DNA from: PVC group bacterium
GTDB taxonomy: Bacteria; Omnitrophota; Gorgyraeia; B26-G9
Length of the DNA stretch: 64,000 bases
Assembly (NCBI GenBank): GCA_024231215.1
Contig: JAAEQR010000142.1
Coordinates: forward strand, 292,593 to 356,592
Direction of reading: 5' to 3'
Shown: positions 59,511 through 64,000 of the stretch, piece after piece
Layout of the letters: every line of letters starts with the position of its first letter
How positions within the stretch are numbered: position 1 is the stretch's first letter
Program-made: the position numbers and the translations under genes
The notes under the pieces: generated by a model
Told to the model about the DNA's origin: nothing
Database searches by the model: none
What the model saw: the letters and a program-made list of their open reading frames with translations, nothing else

Positions 59511-61382
59511 TTACCCGACAAGCTTTCTAGCAACATCAACTATGTTTTCATAATCCAACCCGCAATCCTTGCGCAGCTGATTTTGATCACCGTGTTCTAT
59601 GAATTTATCAGGAATCGCTATAAGCCTGATATCAGCCTTGATATTTTTAACCTGACACAATTCCAAGACAGAACTACCAAATCCGCCCTTTACTGAATTT
59701 TCTTCAATACTTATGGCTTTTCCTGATTTCCGAATAGATTGAGCAATTTCTTCATCCAGAGGCTTGGCAAATCTCGCATTAATAAGTGTAGCCTTAATCC
59801 CTTCCTGATCTAAAATCTCCCAAGCCTTTAGGGCCTCTTTAAAAACTGTCCCGATTGAAACAATTGTTAAATGCTCGCCATTTTTAACAAACTCACTTTT
59901 ACCCACATCAAGCTGTTTAACAGCTCTTTCCTCAATGTTTTCTCCATAACCACGGGGATAGCGGATTGCTATTGGCATACCGACCTGCGTAGCAGTAAAC
60001 AACATGTCCCGCAGCTCAGAAGCATCTTTAGGAGCCATGATAACCATATTCGGCACATGCCTCAGGTAAGAAATATCAAAACAACCATGATGAGTAGCCC
60101 CATCACTACCAACAAGCCCAGCACGATCAATAGCAAAAATTACCGGAAGCTCCTGCAAACAAACATCATGAATAATTGCATCATAAGCACGCTGCAGAAA
60201 TGACGAGTAAATAGCACAAACCGGCTTTAACCCCTGTTTTGCCATACCCGCAGCAAAGACTACTGCGTGTTGCTCAGCAATTCCGACATCAAAAAACCGG
60301 TCTGGAAACCGCTCTTTAAAAAGAGATAATCCTGTTCCTTCAGGCATAGCTGCAGTTATTCCGACAATCTTATGATCACTTTCTGCCATTTCGACTAATG
60401 ATTTCGCAAAAATTTCTGTAAAAGAAAGCGCCTCATGACAATGCAAATGCTCTCCACTTTCCACGTCAAAAGGATTAATTCCATGAAATTTTATTTTATT
60501 TTCCTCTGCATAAGCATACCCTTTACCTTTAACTGTTTTTAAGTGTATTATGGACGCACCTTGAGTGTTCCTAGCCTTTTCAAAAGCAACAAGCATAGCA
60601 TTAATATCATGTCCGTCAACTGAACCAATATAGTTAAACCCCAGTTTTTCGAAAAGCAGTCCCGGAGATCCCACTTCTTTTAAATGCATTTTTAGTTCTA
60701 ACAACTTATCTTTTAATCCGTCACCATGTTCGATTAAATCACCCAATGTTTTTTTAAGACGCTTATATATATCTGTATGCTCTATACGATGAGCATATTT
60801 TGAAAGAGCTCCTACATTTTTTGAAATTGACATCCTGTTATCATTAAGGATCACAATGACCTTAGTATTTAAATATCCTGCCTGATTAATTGCCTCTAAA
60901 GCATTCCCCCCGGTCATCGCCCCGTCCCCAATTACGGCTATAACTTCAAAATCTTTATTCTGCAAATCTCTTGCCTTGGCAATCCCCAAAGCAGCCGATA
61001 TAGAAGTCGATGCATGTCCTGCTCCAAAACTATCGTGCTCACTTTCACTTGGCTTCGGAAATCCGCATAACCCCTTATATTGACGCAAGGTATGGAAACG
61101 GTCTCTTCTACCTGTAAGAATTTTATGAGCATAGCACTGATGCCCGACGTCCCAGATAATCTTATCCCGAGGACTATCAAATAAATAATGCAACGCCACT
61201 GTTAATTCTACTACACCTAAAGAGGCTCCCAAATGCCCCCCGGTCTTAGAAATATTCTCAATAATAAAATTTCGAACTTCTTCAGCTAATAGCGGAATAT
61301 CTTCTTTTTTTATTTTTTTAAGCTCTTCAAGATTAGTAACTTTTTCCAATAGTTTAAATTTATTTTTTTCTTTCATCTTCAT
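59511..61382 (-). CDS. dxs: 1-deoxy-D-xylulose-5-phosphate synthase
   Basis: GGHLGASLG, DVGHQ, GDGA..LNDN, IAEQHA, DRAG..DGATH, IRYPRG. Confidence 0.95.
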   Translation of the reverse strand: MKMKEKNKFKLLEKVTNLEELKKIKKEDIPLLAEEVRNFIIENISKTGGHLGASLGVVELTVALHYLFDSPRDKIIWDVGHQCYAHKILTGRRDRFHTLRQYKGLCGFPKPSESEHDSFGAGHASTSISAALGIAKARDLQNKDFEVIAVIGDGAMTGGNALEAINQAGYLNTKVIVILNDNRMSISKNVGALSKYAHRIEHTDIYKRLKKTLGDLIEHGDGLKDKLLELKMHLKEVGSPGLLFEKLGFNYIGSVDGHDINAMLVAFEKARNTQGASIIHLKTVKGKGYAYAEENKIKFHGINPFDVESGEHLHCHEALSFTEIFAKSLVEMAESDHKIVGITAAMPEGTGLSLFKERFPDRFFDVGIAEQHAVVFAAGMAKQGLKPVCAIYSSFLQRAYDAIIHDVCLQELPVIFAIDRAGLVGSDGATHHGCFDISYLRHVPNMVIMAPKDASELRDMLFTATQVGMPIAIRYPRGYGENIEERAVKQLDVGKSEFVKNGEHLTIVSIGTVFKEALKAWEILDQEGIKATLINARFAKPLDEEIAQSIRKSGKAISIEENSVKGGFGSSVLELCQVKNIKADIRLIAIPDKFIEHGDQNQLRKDCGLDYENIVDVARKLVG

Positions 61383-61397
61383 ATACCTTTCGAAAAA

Positions 61398-62714
61398 TTA
61401 TCTCAAGTAAAAAAAATCCTCAATTAAGCTTAATGCTTCTTTAGCTTGAGCATATTGGCTGATTTTATTTTTTAATACTTCAGCATTCTTTTTGTACTTT
61501 TCTTCAATAAGAATTTTTTGCACAGAGACCGACAGCTCTGAAGCATTCAGATCATATCGATTTTGCACTGAAAAAGCATATTCCCCATAAGTCCATTTGC
61601 AATCAATCTTTTTAAATTCTTCTTTGCTTAACTTTAAAACAACAGCACAGCCAAGCTGTTCTAACCGCCGCCCGTTACCTTCTTGTTCTGAATGAAACGG
61701 AACAACAATCATTGGTTTGCCGCATGAAACTGTTTCCATCATTGTACCGTATCCCCCGTGAAAAATCACTAAATCTGCTTTAGAAATAATTTCTTGTGCT
61801 GGCACCCAATCAAAAAATTTTATATTATCCGGGATATCCGGTAACTCCGAAACAATGAATTTACCAGCGGTGGAAACAATCACATTTACATCTAGATTGC
61901 GTAGTGCTTCAATTACCGTGAGAAAAAAATTTCTACTACCGACTAAACCAGCACCGCCACCGATTGTAATATAAATCAGATGTCTTTTTCTTTCAGCAAA
62001 TGATAAACAATCCTTGTTTTTTTCCGCTTCTCTTTTGAAAATTAATGACCCAACATATTTCAGATTTTTTTTATCCATAATTGGTTCAATCTCCGGAATG
62101 CTGGGGACAATATATAAATCTCCCTTTAGCAATTCTTCAGCTTTGCTAATTTGCGACATATTTAATTTAGTAAGCAAGGGATTAAATAGAGCGGCAGTCT
62201 TCGGAGCAATACATTCAGGGTATGGAGTCTTCCACCAGATAATACCTTTTGTTTCCGGGTGTGAAGCATACCGCACAATCTGCACCACCGGTAAGTCTAA
62301 TTTTTTACCGACAAGGCCGGCAAGCATATGGGTATCCGCGATTAAAATATCCGGTTTAATTTTTTTGATAATTGTCTCATATTGCTTTAAACGGTTATTT
62401 ATAATTTTCAGACTACATAGCCCATCGCGTAAAACCTGGTAATCAAGACCACTGAACTCAGTAAACAAAGGTGTTGAAGGATTGCTAATCTTTCGATTTT
62501 TCTGAAGAAATTTTTCTTTAATGGTTTGAACTAGTAGCTTCTGATTTATCAAAAAAGTCGTGAATTGAGATTTAAGCTTAGAATAAAACTTTGCATCACT
62601 TAAAATAAAAACAGCCTCATGTCCTTTTTGTTTAGCCTCTTGCGCTAAACAAATACAGCGACTAATATGTCCGAACCCACCACCACTATCACTGGGGAAA
62701 AACACAATCTTCAT
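61398..62714 (-). CDS. GT1/GT28-type UDP-glycosyltransferase (MGT-like)
   Basis: GFGHISRC, DWVP, FHGGYGT, PFHSEQEGN. Confidence 0.82.
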   Translation of the reverse strand: MKIVFFPSDSGGGFGHISRCICLAQEAKQKGHEAVFILSDAKFYSKLKSQFTTFLINQKLLVQTIKEKFLQKNRKISNPSTPLFTEFSGLDYQVLRDGLCSLKIINNRLKQYETIIKKIKPDILIADTHMLAGLVGKKLDLPVVQIVRYASHPETKGIIWWKTPYPECIAPKTAALFNPLLTKLNMSQISKAEELLKGDLYIVPSIPEIEPIMDKKNLKYVGSLIFKREAEKNKDCLSFAERKRHLIYITIGGGAGLVGSRNFFLTVIEALRNLDVNVIVSTAGKFIVSELPDIPDNIKFFDWVPAQEIISKADLVIFHGGYGTMMETVSCGKPMIVVPFHSEQEGNGRRLEQLGCAVVLKLSKEEFKKIDCKWTYGEYAFSVQNRYDLNASELSVSVQKILIEEKYKKNAEVLKNKISQYAQAKEALSLIEDFFYLR

Positions 62715-62779
62715 TTCTGTTTATCCTTTTTATTTTTAACAAAAGATTTGCGGAACCTATTCTCGTGATTTATCATTCC

Positions 62780-64000
62780 CTATATTTTTTTCCAATACCA
62801 CCTAAATATAAACGAATCAAAAAACATGAAAACTGGTTTTAATAATAATACTTTCAATATCCATTTCGGATATCCGCTGGTAAACAATTTTAACCACATT
62901 CTAACAAAAGTCGGAGAAATATCCGTAAACTCCTCCATATAAATATTTTTTTCCTTTTTTATAAATCCGTCTTTTATTGCTTTATTATAAATTGCCGAAC
63001 CAGGATACATTATCAAATGAAAGCAAGTAATACTGGTTCTGACCGGTAAGCGCAAAATAAATTTCAAGGTTACTATTATATCATCAGTATTTTCGTAAGG
63101 GTTATCAAATATAAACTGATAATTTATTAATGACGGAATATGTTTTTCATAAAATAAATTCCGGTATTTCTCAACAATAGATATTGCCGCAAACGTCTGT
63201 TCCGGAGTTTCTCGACGGTTATAAATTTTCAAAATCCGTTTGCTTGCCGACTCCACGCCGATACCAAATTTATATAGTAAGCCAGTTTTCGCTAAAAGCG
63301 CAAATTTTTCATCCTTAATTGTCGAAGGGCTCCCACTTGTGCCAAAAGGAAGCCCTACTTCTTTTTTCCACCGGTCACAAAATTCCTTTAATATCGGCAA
63401 AGGCATGGCAGTAATATTATCATCTGCCAGAAAAACCGCACCAATAACTTTTATATTTTCAATTGCCAACTTGATTTCTTTAAATAAATGATCTAAAGAC
63501 CTAAATCTAAAATATCTTTGCCCTTCATATATCCGTTTTAAATATGAATTATTACAATAACTACAACTGTTCGGACAACCACGGCTTAATGCAGTAAGAT
63601 AAATTATTTTATCCGGCACCGGACGTTTATAAATCCGGTCAATATCCACTATTAATTCTGGAGTTAATATTTGCAGTTTCCCTTCTAAAAAAACTTTTTG
63701 CTGATAAATTTTTGTATCTAAAACCGGTAGAGAATTTAAATCCTCGATTAAAGGACGCATTGGATTTAAAACACATTTACCTTCCTTAAGATAAGCCAGG
63801 TTCGGAATATTATAAACATCTTCGCCTCTGGCTAATTTCTGCGCTAATTCCACTGCGGTTTTATCCCCTTCTCCAACACAGACAAAATCCGTAAAATTAA
63901 CCGAATCCTCAAAAGAAGCAGTCGGATGAGGCCCCCCCCAAATAACCGGAATATCTAGTTTTTCTTTCAGGGCCTTCGTAAAATCACTAGCCGCGCAAAA
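62780..64000 (-). CDS. B12-binding radical SAM protein, 5' end outside window
   Basis: Frame is open to the window end: VIWGGPHPT..VGEGD (B12-binding), SRGCPNSCSYC, ADDN, GVES. Confidence 0.88.
   Translation of the reverse strand, partial: FCAASDFTKALKEKLDIPVIWGGPHPTASFEDSVNFTDFVCVGEGDKTAVELAQKLARGEDVYNIPNLAYLKEGKCVLNPMRPLIEDLNSLPVLDTKIYQQKVFLEGKLQILTPELIVDIDRIYKRPVPDKIIYLTALSRGCPNSCSYCNNSYLKRIYEGQRYFRFRSLDHLFKEIKLAIENIKVIGAVFLADDNITAMPLPILKEFCDRWKKEVGLPFGTSGSPSTIKDEKFALLAKTGLLYKFGIGVESASKRILKIYNRRETPEQTFAAISIVEKYRNLFYEKHIPSLINYQFIFDNPYENTDDIIVTLKFILRLPVRTSITCFHLIMYPGSAIYNKAIKDGFIKKEKNIYMEEFTDISPTFVRMWLKLFTSGYPKWILKVLLLKPVFMFFDSFIFRWYWKKI

Overview
AT-rich bacterial genomic window; the gene style is reminiscent of PVC-superphylum/Omnitrophota-like organisms, but that is only a guess. 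Almost everything is on the minus strand. From left to right it holds: an oligopeptide ABC transporter operon plus a PAC2-family gene; a divergent Hel308/Ski2-like helicase and a LOG-family gene; a sigma54 regulatory cassette (GAF kinase whose phospho-His is replaced by Gln, an NtrC-type activator, a PocR-GAF protein); two PEP-CTERM proteins, a priming sugar transferase, exosortase and EpsI; four large secreted proteins; a ~29 kb Wzx/Wzy exopolysaccharide operon with many tailoring enzymes; and the end of an isoprenoid-related cluster (idi, dxs, GT1, B12 radical SAM). The most notable region is 17.5-25.5 kb. Three consecutive secreted proteins appear to be linked by donor-strand complementation: two end in an Ig-like domain lacking its last beta-strand, and that strand (ANQMTADxYSFT) is the predicted mature N-terminus of the next gene product. 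This suggests a tip-shaft-anchor fibre. Each of the three genes is preceded by an unusually expanded GEMM-I riboswitch carrying A at the specificity position (3'3'-cGAMP type) and a conserved terminator, and two of the leaders have sigma54 promoters. A family of inverted 7-mer repeats brackets a four-helix-bundle gene and also occurs inside two enzymes and in the riboswitch loops. All calls come from reading the sequence by eye; no searches or folding programs were run.
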